In this document: in pieces, positions 1 through 9,426 of the stretch
How positions within the stretch are numbered: position 1 is the stretch's first letter
How the letters are laid out: each line of letters opens with the position of its first letter
From: Promethearchaeota archaeon
GTDB taxonomy: Archaea > Asgardarchaeota > Lokiarchaeia > Sigyniarchaeales > SOKP01
Direction of reading: 5' to 3'
Assembly (NCBI GenBank): GCA_019058245.1
Contig: JAHPZJ010000026.1
Coordinates: 21,291 to 85,290 of the forward strand
Length of the DNA: 64,000 bases
Made by a program: the position numbers and the translations under genes
The notes under the pieces: model-generated
Database searches by the model: none
What the model saw: the letters and a program-made list of their open reading frames with translations, nothing else
What the model was told of the DNA's origin: nothing

Positions 1-3000
1 AACCTTTAGAAGTGTTAATCCATGTAAAAGGATCATTAATGAACTACTCCCAAAATCTTTTCTTTTTAAAAATGAAGTTCCTAATTTTAAATATTCGATT
101 GCTGCGTTTTTTAATTCCTGTGCTTTTAATAGATTCAATATTGATGAATAATAGCGTTTTCTCATTGGTTTTCTCTTACTATATATGATATCTTTTTCTC
201 TTTGAGCCTCTCCCTTTCTTGTTTGTATTTTTCCAAATCTTTGATCAATTTCTATTTGTAGTTTAGATTTTTCTCCAAATTTCTTCCGAAATATTTTATC
301 CGTGACTTTTTCTTCTTCAGTAATTATTTCATCTTTTATAATTTCTGCCTTTTCTTCTTTTAAAATCTCTTCTCCCATGTATTCATTTAATAATTCCAAT
401 TCTTCTTCGAATAAAGGAAGTACTTTAAAAAAATGTAGTGAATCTTTAAAATTTACCTCATCCTGAATTTCTTTTAATCCAATAATATATTCCAACAAGG
501 TTACAGCAAATGACTCCGAAAATAACTTTCCTAAACCAGATAATGGTTTTATAATTTGTTCTAATAGTTTTTTAGCATCATTAAATTTATCTTGCTTAAT
601 AAGGATTAGTGCTGCTACAGCTAAAGAAACACCTGCTAATCTATATTTATTCCTTAAATTAAATCGACTTATAGTATTCTTGTATATTTCAAATGCTTTA
701 TCATACTCTTCGTTCTTTAAATTACTTAAACCTTCACTAAAATATCTCTTCCTTAGTCCATTTCGTTCCTTTTTATCATTTTCTTTATCCAATAATGATT
801 CTCGAGCCCTTGTTTCAATGATTGAACCTTTCTCTTTTAATACTTCTTCTCTACGTGTTTCTTTAGCTTTTTCAGATCTGATGGCACTTTTTTCAGCTTC
901 TAAAACCTCTATTTTCTTATGAATTTCTGTTTTATATTCTTTTTTTACAATTTTATCGTTATAAATTTGTGCTAGATGCAAATTATCTAGTTCTATATAA
1001 ATTTCGGCAATTTTCTTATAAATTTTATTAAAAGTAATACCAATGCTTTCTTCCTTTTCCAAATATGAAGTATTTATATTTAATACTTTTTTTATAAACA
1101 TTTCTGCTTTATTAATTGACGATAGACTTCCTTCTTTTTCTAGAATACTCAAGACTTCACTCTTAATCACTTTAATGAATAATGCACTTATTTTTTTAGA
1201 TTGATCATATAGCATTTCATTTCGATATAACCTAATTGAATTATCAAATATCTTTTCTTTTAATATAAAATCCTCTGATTTTCTTAGTGCTTGTAATTTC
1301 TGATTAAATTTTGGGAAAATTCTTGTTAAATATCTTTTCTTCATATCTCTTGAAAGTTCTATAAAAAATGAAAAGAAGTCTTCAAATTTTAAACCTTCTA
1401 ATAGCTTATCTAAAGATATTGTAAGAATTTGATCGCTAATATCTTCTTTTCCAATCTTTTTAAGGTATTCAGCTCGATCTTTTAAGAGTTTTGCAGATTT
1501 AAAATATTTTTTCTGTTTTACAAGTTCTTCTGCTTTATTGATTTCTAAACTATTTTCTTCTGCAATTATATCAATTTCAGTTTTAACAAAATCTCTTAAA
1601 ATTTCAATTCCCTTATTTACATAATCTTCTACTTCTTTCTTTTTTAAGGCATTATATTTATCTTCTAATTCATCTCGAATTTTAGCAATTTGTTGTTTTA
1701 ATTCTCTTGAGATTAATTTTTCTATTAAAGTGGTAGCCACTTTAAAGTTATTGCTATCAAAAAAATTATTAATTAGTTTTTCCAAAGTAGAATCTAAATT
1801 TACCTTTTTTACTTTATAAGAAACCCATAAATTTTCTAGTTCATCGTAAGTATTTTTAGCAGCATGGTTTTTACGTTCACTTACTTGTATTTTTAAAATA
1901 GAGATCAATATTTCAGTTAACTTTTCAGTCAAAATTTTTAATTCTTCAAAAAGATCTTCTCGTTGGTATCGATTAACTGCCATATACAGTTGTTCTTTTG
2001 CTAATTCAATATTATTAATGCTAACTAAGTATTCAGCAGCTGCAGCAATTTTTTCTGCAATTTCTCTTAATATTACTAACACGTCTTTATGAGGAATGCT
2101 TTGAAGAATTCTAAAAGCATCTTCTATTTTACAGGCGGAGATCCAAGAATTTATTGCCAACTCAAAAGCTTCATTTATAAATTCCTTATCTAGTGATTCT
2201 ATACTTGACCATTGGGCTGCTCTCTCATAGTTTCTAGCGGCACGTTCATATTCATTCCGATTGAATAATTGATTCCCTTCTCTTATTATTGCCTCAGCAT
2301 ATAATTTTTTAAAATTTGATGATTTATTTCTATCAACTTTCTCTAGTATTTGACTTGCTTCTAAATATAAATTCATTTTAGAATATAGATATGCAGCTTG
2401 TTCACAAATTATGAAAAATTCCTCTTTATTGTAGATTTCAGCAATTAGAGCAGCTTTTCTAACCGCTTGGGCAGCATAATAATAATTTTGATTAGTAAAG
2501 TAGATATTAGCCATTTGAATGAATATAGGAAATCTCATCCAAGCGTTCTCTATATTTAATGGAGTATCACCGTTAATCATTGCTGAACATAATGATTGGA
2601 GTGCTTGATGAAAATATTTTGGAGAGAGATTAACAAAAGCCTCTAAGCTAGGAAAATTAACCCATATGTGCGTCAATAGCTCATTAACAGAGATTGGGAG
2701 TATTCCTTTGTTATCATAAAATATGATAATTGTGGGTATATCTCGCTTTACTGAAAAAATATCCGGAATTATCATTTCAAATAGTTCAGATTCTCCAATG
2801 ATGGTTGGATTTAAAAAATAAATGATTCCATCAACCATAGGAATAATTTCATCTAAATCAAAAGTAATATCTTTAATAGTGTCAATTTCTAATTCACATA
2901 TATTATCTAAAACTTTAACTTCTTTATACCATTTATAATAACTTTCTTGATCTTCACCCTCATCATCGAATGCACTTGAAACGTAAAAATTTATTAAATC

Positions 3001-3045
3001 AGGATCAAATCCAAGAATCAAACATCGAAAATAGAATGTTGACAT
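1..3045 (-). CDS. Large protein (>1015 aa, runs off the window edge): N-terminal degenerate small-GTPase-like domain followed by TPR/SNAP-like alpha-solenoid
   Basis: Not in the ORF track. ATG at 3045 gives MSTFYFRCLILGFDPDLINFYVSSAF...ICELEIDTI...VDGIIYFLNP...IPTIIIFY, then helical repeats (YYYAAQAVRKAALIAE, EYERAARNYERAAQW). I translated the N-terminal half and the last codons; the same frame reads sensibly at position 1 (...DFGSSSLMILLHGLTLLKV). Confidence 0.85.
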   Translation of the reverse strand, partial: MSTFYFRCLILGFDPDLINFYVSSAFDDEGEDQESYYKWYKEVKVLDNICELEIDTIKDITFDLDEIIPMVDGIIYFLNPTIIGESELFEMIIPDIFSVKRDIPTIIIFYDNKGILPISVNELLTHIWVNFPSLEAFVNLSPKYFHQALQSLCSAMINGDTPLNIENAWMRFPIFIQMANIYFTNQNYYYAAQAVRKAALIAEIYNKEEFFIICEQAAYLYSKMNLYLEASQILEKVDRNKSSNFKKLYAEAIIREGNQLFNRNEYERAARNYERAAQWSSIESLDKEFINEAFELAINSWISACKIEDAFRILQSIPHKDVLVILREIAEKIAAAAEYLVSINNIELAKEQLYMAVNRYQREDLFEELKILTEKLTEILISILKIQVSERKNHAAKNTYDELENLWVSYKVKKVNLDSTLEKLINNFFDSNNFKVATTLIEKLISRELKQQIAKIRDELEDKYNALKKKEVEDYVNKGIEILRDFVKTEIDIIAEENSLEINKAEELVKQKKYFKSAKLLKDRAEYLKKIGKEDISDQILTISLDKLLEGLKFEDFFSFFIELSRDMKKRYLTRIFPKFNQKLQALRKSEDFILKEKIFDNSIRLYRNEMLYDQSKKISALFIKVIKSEVLSILEKEGSLSSINKAEMFIKKVLNINTSYLEKEESIGITFNKIYKKIAEIYIELDNLHLAQIYNDKIVKKEYKTEIHKKIEVLEAEKSAIRSEKAKETRREEVLKEKGSIIETRARESLLDKENDKKERNGLRKRYFSEGLSNLKNEEYDKAFEIYKNTISRFNLRNKYRLAGVSLAVAALILIKQDKFNDAKKLLEQIIKPLSGLGKLFSESFAVTLLEYIIGLKEIQDEVNFKDSLHFFKVLPLFEEELELLNEYMGEEILKEEKAEIIKDEIITEEEKVTDKIFRKKFGEKSKLQIEIDQRFGKIQTRKGEAQREKDIIYSKRKPMRKRYYSSILNLLKAQELKNAAIEYLKLGTSFLKRKDFGSSSLMILLHGLTLLKV

Positions 3046-3240
3046 TTTTTCAATAAATCAATTATGTTTTTCACTTTATATTGTTTGATTAATTCTAGCT
3101 TGGTTATAAAGATTTTTTAACACATAAAATTAATATTATAAAACTTATGAAATTATTTTAAAAGAAAAGAAATCTTTTAATAATAATTAATTGAGTTTGG
3201 GAATTTATATTTTTGTTTCTAACATTTCGGTGATTACACA

Positions 3241-3903
3241 TTGAATTATGTAGAAAGGAATTATCAACTGATAAAAGCAAGAATGATTGAACAAATGGAG
3301 AAATCTATTGTATTAGGGAGAAAACTTATTGATACAGAATTAGATACGGGGTTTTTAAACTTTATAATTAATCCAATTGTAAAGGGTTTTTATGATTATT
3401 GGGCGAAAAACGAAGCAAAATCTGGGACATTAAAGCAAATTAAGATTACACTAGATGCAGGTAAGCATTTAGTTATTAATGGAAACACAGATCAAAAATT
3501 TAATAAAATTGTTGAGGAATATTTTCCTAAATATTTTAAAAATGATCAAACATCTCGTATGGGAGATAAAAAGCACAAGAATTTTGAAAGGTTTAGACAG
3601 AATGCTAAAGAAACTTTTATAAACTATTTAGAAGAACTTGTAACACTTTTAAGAGTAGAAGAAAGCGTTGATAATTATGGGGATTTATGTCGAATTGCTT
3701 TTAAATCAAAGGAAGTTGCTGAAGTGAATTTAATGAGACAATTAGATTTTACAGAAAAAGGAATTAAAATAGTTGAAGAAGACCCCTCAATTCTTAAAAT
3801 TCCAATAGGAAAGAAAATTATTGTAAAAGCACTTAGAAAAGGCTTTGAATTGACTAAAAAAGAATTTATTCACGGGCTCACTGATACGTACAACCAAAAA
3901 TGA
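3241..3903 (+). CDS. Hypothetical all-alpha protein, tandem paralogue A
   Basis: 220 aa, TTG start with GGTGA SD-like motif upstream. Colinear with the next ORF. Confidence 0.8.
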   Translation: MNYVERNYQLIKARMIEQMEKSIVLGRKLIDTELDTGFLNFIINPIVKGFYDYWAKNEAKSGTLKQIKITLDAGKHLVINGNTDQKFNKIVEEYFPKYFKNDQTSRMGDKKHKNFERFRQNAKETFINYLEELVTLLRVEESVDNYGDLCRIAFKSKEVAEVNLMRQLDFTEKGIKIVEEDPSILKIPIGKKIIVKALRKGFELTKKEFIHGLTDTYNQK

Positions 3904-3960
3904 TTAAATTTATAAAAAATTCTATTAATTATATATATTTTTTATTTTGGAGAATTAAGC

Positions 3961-4620
3961 ATGGAACTTATCGAGAGAAATTATAAAATATTAGAGAATA
4001 GAATGGTTGAACAGATGAATGTTTCCTTTAATGATGGAAAATCATTAATCGAATCAGAATTAGATGCCGGAGTTATTAATGCAATTGTGAAACCTATTGT
4101 AAAATCTTTTTATAAATATTGGACAGACAAAGATGCACGGTCTGGTACACTTGGACAAATTAAGATAACTTTAGATTCTGCTAAAGAAATATTGATGAAT
4201 GGGGATCGATCAAAAGAGCATTTCGAAAGGATTATTAATAGAAATTTTCCCATTTATTTAGAAAATGACCAAACTGATAGACAATGTAAAAAAAATCATG
4301 ACAAATATATAAAATTGAAGGATATAACAAAAAGAAGTTTTATAACTCAAGTAGAAGAAAGTATCTTATTCTTAAAAGTTGATGAGGATGTTAAAGATTA
4401 TGCTGAATTGTCAAGAGCAACATTTAAAACTAAAGAAAAGGCATACGAAGCTTTAAAGCGACAATTAGATTATAATGAAGAGGGAATATCAATCGTGGAA
4501 AAAGATGATTCAATATTAAAAGTTCCAGTAGGAAAAAATCTTATTCTAAAAGTTCTCAGAAAAGGATTTGAATTAACAAAACAAAAGCTAATTAAAGAAC
4601 TAGATCAAATTTTTAATTAA
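3961..4620 (+). CDS. Hypothetical all-alpha protein, tandem paralogue B
   Basis: 219 aa, GGAG upstream. Shares ERNY, PIVKxFYxYW, SGTLxQIKITLD, NDQT, RQLD, SILKxPxGK and LRKGFELTK with the previous ORF. Confidence 0.8.
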   Translation: MELIERNYKILENRMVEQMNVSFNDGKSLIESELDAGVINAIVKPIVKSFYKYWTDKDARSGTLGQIKITLDSAKEILMNGDRSKEHFERIINRNFPIYLENDQTDRQCKKNHDKYIKLKDITKRSFITQVEESILFLKVDEDVKDYAELSRATFKTKEKAYEALKRQLDYNEEGISIVEKDDSILKVPVGKNLILKVLRKGFELTKQKLIKELDQIFN

Positions 4621-4667
4621 GAAGATTCCTTATTTAAATTTTAGACAAAAAAGAGTAATAAATTATA

Positions 4668-5738
4668 TTGAATGAAATTCCTCAAAATCGAGAGGGAAAA
4701 AACTATTTACGCTTTATTTTTTTAAATTTATTGATTATAATTTTTATAATAATCTCCTATGTATATATTTCTGAATCTTTTGGTTCAATATCCAGTATTT
4801 TCATAAATAATCAAGAATTTTCTGTTCAATTTGGAATAACTCTTTTATTATTTACTTTATTTTCGATTTTAGCAGGACCTATACATGGAGTAATTTCAGG
4901 TTTCCTAGGTGAATTACTCTTTCAACTTGCATATTATAACAAAATTTATTTTGAATGGTGTTTCATTGTAGCTATATTAGGATTATTATCTGGAATCTAT
5001 AAATATCGTCCTATGAAATATTTTAATCCTCTTAACGTTTATTATACTTTTATAGTTTTAATTCTTGTATCTTGTATTATTTTTGGATTAATTGTATTAA
5101 TTCAATTTTCCCTATATTCAGGTCAAGAATCTGTGGAAGTTATAATAATCAATTATGGATTTAAATTTTTTCTCCAATCACTTATTTCAATTATATTTAT
5201 TGTTCCTATTTTATTGTTAATATATGATAGAATTTTCTCTAAAGAAGAAAAACATCTGTATTATATGATCTTAACCCACCATCCCGTTTCTGTCAGCGAT
5301 CACACATTCTATTTTAAATTTGGAAGAACAAAAATTTATTTCTGTTCAAGATGTTCAGGTGTAATTCTTGGAGGATTAATATCTATGTTTTCGACAGATA
5401 TGCTTTATAAAATATTACAGGTAGAAATTAGTGCAGAATTTTCTTTATTTCTCTGTATTGTTCTTCCAATACCTGGCTTAATTGACTGGGGCACACAAAG
5501 ACTCTTATTAAGAAAAAGTACTACCTCGTATCGTTTATTTACTGGATTTTTTATTGGATCAGCTTTACATTTCATGGGTTATACTTATAAATATTATTAC
5601 TATACATTTCTCATTTTGGTAATTTATTTCACAATATTTGGTATCTTAGTATTTTTTGGACACAAGAAGGAATTAAAATTGTTGAAAGAAGAAATGAATA
5701 ATTTTCCTAAAGAGATAGAATATAGAAAAGATGTCTGA
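4668..5738 (+). CDS. Membrane protein: ECF-transporter S-component-like domain fused to DUF2085-like domain
   Basis: N-half multi-TM with SILAGPIHGVISGFLGELL (S-component-like). C-half has HH...TF...CSRCSG...IDWGTQ...RLFTG (DUF2085-like). Confidence 0.65.
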   Translation: MNEIPQNREGKNYLRFIFLNLLIIIFIIISYVYISESFGSISSIFINNQEFSVQFGITLLLFTLFSILAGPIHGVISGFLGELLFQLAYYNKIYFEWCFIVAILGLLSGIYKYRPMKYFNPLNVYYTFIVLILVSCIIFGLIVLIQFSLYSGQESVEVIIINYGFKFFLQSLISIIFIVPILLLIYDRIFSKEEKHLYYMILTHHPVSVSDHTFYFKFGRTKIYFCSRCSGVILGGLISMFSTDMLYKILQVEISAEFSLFLCIVLPIPGLIDWGTQRLLLRKSTTSYRLFTGFFIGSALHFMGYTYKYYYYTFLILVIYFTIFGILVFFGHKKELKLLKEEMNNFPKEIEYRKDV

Positions 5739-6246
5739 TAAAATGCATAATATAATTTTTATTCATGGTCTTATCAGCTCGGGTGATGGTTTTAAAGGAC
5801 AACTATTAAGAAAAACATTACCTGGATGTTTAACTCCAAATTTTACACCATATAGTCCAGAAAAACCACTCAAAATATTATTCAAAGAACGTATGGCGCA
5901 ACTAATTCCAATCATTGAAGAAAAAATTAAGTGGATAATTATTGGCTCCAGTTTTGGAGGTTTAATGGCTACAATATTTACTTTAGAAAATCCAAAAAAG
6001 ATTTCTAAATTAATTTTACTCGCCCCTTATTTATCAACTCCTTTATTAAATCCAAAGATATATTCTCCTGTAAATATTCCAGTTGAGATTTTCCATGGAA
6101 AGAATGATAAAGTTGTTCCAGTTAAGCAAGCTCAGAAAGTAGCAGAAAAGCTATTTACAAATTTAATATATAAAAGGGTAAATGATGATCACACACTTAA
6201 AAAAACAGTTAAAGCTTTAAATTGGGAAAATATAATAAAAAATTAA
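5731..6246 (+). CDS. Alpha/beta hydrolase (YqiA-like esterase)
   Basis: FIHG oxyanion motif, GSSFGG nucleophile elbow, HGKNDKVVP acid motif, DDH His. Overlaps the upstream gene by 8 nt. Confidence 0.85.
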   Translation: MSDKMHNIIFIHGLISSGDGFKGQLLRKTLPGCLTPNFTPYSPEKPLKILFKERMAQLIPIIEEKIKWIIIGSSFGGLMATIFTLENPKKISKLILLAPYLSTPLLNPKIYSPVNIPVEIFHGKNDKVVPVKQAQKVAEKLFTNLIYKRVNDDHTLKKTVKALNWENIIKN

Positions 6247-6362
6247 TATCTTAACAATATTCTATTTTCAGATCATTTAAAAATTGGACTCCATTTTTTT
6301 TAAAATCATTTGTTAATATCTTTTAATTAGTAAATAATTATGAAAAAATTGGTGCTTTTAAT

Positions 6363-6848
6363 TTGGATTGGGAGAATGTTTTTAATAATATTGGATTCTG
6401 GTATGATGTATTTATCGAGTGGTATTTAGACCAGCCTATATATGGGCAAGTGTTGGCAATAATTGGTCTAATTGCATTATGTGCATTAGCAATAACTCTT
6501 GTTTATTATATGATTAAAGGAATTGCATATTTGCTGTATTATATGTTCAAGGGAATATACTTGCTTCTTAAGTATATTGGTTATGGCTTTTATAAGCTAA
6601 CTGAAGGTTTTTATTATTTGGTATCTGGAAAACCAAAACCATCGAAAAAGGAAAGTTCACAAAAAGATGTTCAAAATGATTATACAAGCGAATATCAATA
6701 TAATTTGGAATATTGTAGTGAATGTGGGAGAAAGATGTCTCAAAGAATGAAATATTATTTTGAAAAAAATGGAATAGCATATTGTGAGAAATGTGGAACA
6801 CGTCTTACCCAAAATCATGCCCTCAGAATTATATCTATCTCCCATTAA
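6363..6848 (+). CDS. Membrane protein with C-terminal zinc ribbon
   Basis: N-terminal hydrophobic helices; CSECG...CEKCG. Confidence 0.7.
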   Translation: MDWENVFNNIGFWYDVFIEWYLDQPIYGQVLAIIGLIALCALAITLVYYMIKGIAYLLYYMFKGIYLLLKYIGYGFYKLTEGFYYLVSGKPKPSKKESSQKDVQNDYTSEYQYNLEYCSECGRKMSQRMKYYFEKNGIAYCEKCGTRLTQNHALRIISISH

Positions 6849-6927
6849 TTAAGTTAAACATATTTTTAATCAAAAATAATTAAAGCAATAGAACAAAAAT
6901 ATAATTATAAAGGTGTAGTTAAACAAT

Positions 6928-8511
6928 ATGTCAAAAGTTTATGTTTGTAGAGAATGTGGATATGCATTCCCAGATGAACTTATTCACTTAATAGAAAATA
7001 ATATCCAAGTTTATTGTGAACGATGTGGATCACCTTTTATTATGGAAGGAGTTTCATTTAAACCCGCGACAACCCCATATCGAAGAATAAAAAAGTCCTC
7101 TATTCGAATATCTGAAAGCAAATCTTCTAAGATAGAAAAAGTTATTCAAGCTTTAAACAAAATATCTTTTATACCTTTTTTTATCTTTACAGTTATTATA
7201 CTTGGATTTTTAGCAGAATTAACTATTTCATGGGATATTAGGATCCTATTTAAGCGTCTTATACTTGGTCTAATAGGACTATCTTTCATAATTTATGATA
7301 GAACACGTATAACTCGAAAAGTAAGGGAGAAAAAATACAATGATATTTTTCTTGATGCATTCTGTTGGGGAATCTTAGGTTGCGTTCTATATGGGCTTGG
7401 TGTTATTCTTCTCATTAAGGGAATCTTTATTATTATCTATGTGATTACAGATTCTGAGAATGAATCTTTAAAAAAGTATGACTATGGATTACTTGCGAAA
7501 AACTCTTTGAATTACTTCTCTGCTAAAGCAGGCTTAGTAATCATACTTTTTGGATTATTTGGAATATATGCAAGTAGACTTTATTTACCTGAATTCGATA
7601 CTATAAATATAGATTTACCATTTGATATCCAAGTACCTGCAAGAATCTTCATTTTTCTTGGTTTCTTGATTATTTCATTAACAATTTTAATTATTGATAG
7701 TAGTTTAAAAAAGAAAACTGATGAAAAACAAGAATTTAAGGCTCTGGATGCAATTAAATATTTTATTTTGGGGATTTTTGGAGTATTCTTCTATTCAGCT
7801 GGTGTCTTCATATTATTCAAAGGGATCCTAATATTCTTTTTAATTTTTGGTAAACCAACAGAAGAGATTAAAAAAATACCAATAGAAGAAAAACAAATAT
7901 ATTATACTCCAACAGCTTCAACTCCACCAATAACTTCAAAACCTCCAATAACCTCTTATGAAAAAGTAGAAGAATTACAAAAAGAGAAAACAGAAGAGCA
8001 AATAGCTCAAATAACTAAAACAGAAGAAAAACTAATCAGTGTAGAACCTCAAAAAATTGAAGAAACCACAGTTAAAGAGTCTGAAAAAAGCCCGATAAAT
8101 ATAGATAAAAAAGAAAAGGCAAAGAGGGAAGAGGAATATAAATTAAAATTACATGATTCCCTATTACCTGTCAAAGATGAAAAGGATAAGAAATTAGTTA
8201 AAGAATATTTTTCAAAAATATTTTCAGTTCTTTCAAAGGACTTAAGGAAACAAATTCTCGATCTAAAAATTTCTAAAAAGGAAAAGAAAGAACTTTTGGA
8301 AGAACTTGCGTTCTTAACAAAAGAAGAACAAGTAAAATACATTGAAGCTGTTGTTAATTTATATAAAGAAATTCCAAAAAGATTAATTGCCAGAATTCGC
8401 AAACTTCCTAATGTTCGCCCAAAACATTATGATAAAATTTTAGATCAATTAAAATATATGGATTATGAAGAACAAATCAAATTTGTTCAATTCTTAGAGG
8501 AAAACGTCTAA
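6928..8511 (+). CDS. Zinc-ribbon multi-pass membrane protein with C-terminal helical cytoplasmic domain
   Basis: CRECG...CERCG at the N-terminus, duplicated TM block, Pro/Glu/Lys-rich linker, helical C-domain. Confidence 0.75.
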   Translation: MSKVYVCRECGYAFPDELIHLIENNIQVYCERCGSPFIMEGVSFKPATTPYRRIKKSSIRISESKSSKIEKVIQALNKISFIPFFIFTVIILGFLAELTISWDIRILFKRLILGLIGLSFIIYDRTRITRKVREKKYNDIFLDAFCWGILGCVLYGLGVILLIKGIFIIIYVITDSENESLKKYDYGLLAKNSLNYFSAKAGLVIILFGLFGIYASRLYLPEFDTINIDLPFDIQVPARIFIFLGFLIISLTILIIDSSLKKKTDEKQEFKALDAIKYFILGIFGVFFYSAGVFILFKGILIFFLIFGKPTEEIKKIPIEEKQIYYTPTASTPPITSKPPITSYEKVEELQKEKTEEQIAQITKTEEKLISVEPQKIEETTVKESEKSPINIDKKEKAKREEEYKLKLHDSLLPVKDEKDKKLVKEYFSKIFSVLSKDLRKQILDLKISKKEKKELLEELAFLTKEEQVKYIEAVVNLYKEIPKRLIARIRKLPNVRPKHYDKILDQLKYMDYEEQIKFVQFLEENV

Positions 8512-8513
8512 AA

Positions 8514-9407
8514 ATGTCGATGGAAAAAAGAAGAGAGCCCAGAGAAGATAAGAAAAAAGAAAAACTCCGAGATAGCTCATTTAGGCGTTTAGATTTTACA
8601 CCATTACAGGAAACAATTGAAGTAGAAAAAAGAGTATTAGAAAAAGAAGAAATTGTTGAAGAGCTAACTGAAATTGAAAAAGAAGTCTTAGATATTGCAA
8701 CTGAAATTTTGAAGTTAAAAAGATATGATACTGAATTTGAAATTGAATCAGAAAGTCAAATACAAAAGTATCCAATAATTGAGAAATTATATGCTAAATG
8801 TATTGCTAAACTTTCCTATAAGAAAGGATATAGCAAAGAGGAAATATTTTTAAATATTCGGAGTTTAGATGAAAAGAACTGGATAGTAACAAACGAAAGG
8901 CGTACTAAACTAGAAATCCTTACCAATGAAAAACTTGTTTCCATCCTTGAATTTATAAAAATTAATCCCGGAATTCATGCAAGAGATGATAAAATTGAGG
9001 CTGAACTAAACATAACTAGAACACCTTTTTTAAAACATGTAATGACTTTAGAACGCTTTGATCTTATTAGATCTAAGAAAATTGGCAAAACTCTTCATTA
9101 TTTTTTAAGTGATGTACCAGATGATTATGATAAATTCAAAGTTATTTTTCTGAATCCCTTGATCCCTAAAATATTGGAAGAAATCTTTAGGGATGAAGAG
9201 ATAACAGTCTCAAAAATAGGGGAAAATCTTGACATATACTCAGGTACTATTCTTTATCATATTAAAAAACTTAAGGATCTAAACCTTTTAAGAAGTGCTA
9301 ATAATAAAACTGGAAAAAAAATCTTTTTGATCAATATAGAACTCTTAAAAAAATATAATACGTTTTTTGATGAACCAGACTTTTCTCAACTCTTAAAAGG
9401 GCTCTAA
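8514..9407 (+). CDS. Archaeal tandem winged-HTH transcriptional regulator
   Basis: FIKINPGIH...HVMTLERFDLIRSKKIGKTLHYF, plus a second wHTH (SKIGENLDIYSGTILYHIKKLKDLNLL). Confidence 0.75.
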   Translation: MSMEKRREPREDKKKEKLRDSSFRRLDFTPLQETIEVEKRVLEKEEIVEELTEIEKEVLDIATEILKLKRYDTEFEIESESQIQKYPIIEKLYAKCIAKLSYKKGYSKEEIFLNIRSLDEKNWIVTNERRTKLEILTNEKLVSILEFIKINPGIHARDDKIEAELNITRTPFLKHVMTLERFDLIRSKKIGKTLHYFLSDVPDDYDKFKVIFLNPLIPKILEEIFRDEEITVSKIGENLDIYSGTILYHIKKLKDLNLLRSANNKTGKKIFLINIELLKKYNTFFDEPDFSQLLKGL

Positions 9408-9426
9408 ATTCTAATCAATTTTATAA

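Noticed and set aside
680-922. Short plus-strand ORF in the track, and similar shadow ORFs (6568, 6657, 8049, 10136, 10417, 11361, 14882, 15744, 24435, 26901, 27693, 33090, 37166, 38522, 41258, 47628, 50462, 51774, 54183, 55437, 57185, 58805, 61624)
   Set aside because: They lie antisense or out of frame within well-supported genes, and most have the Ser/Phe/Ile-rich composition typical of shadow frames.
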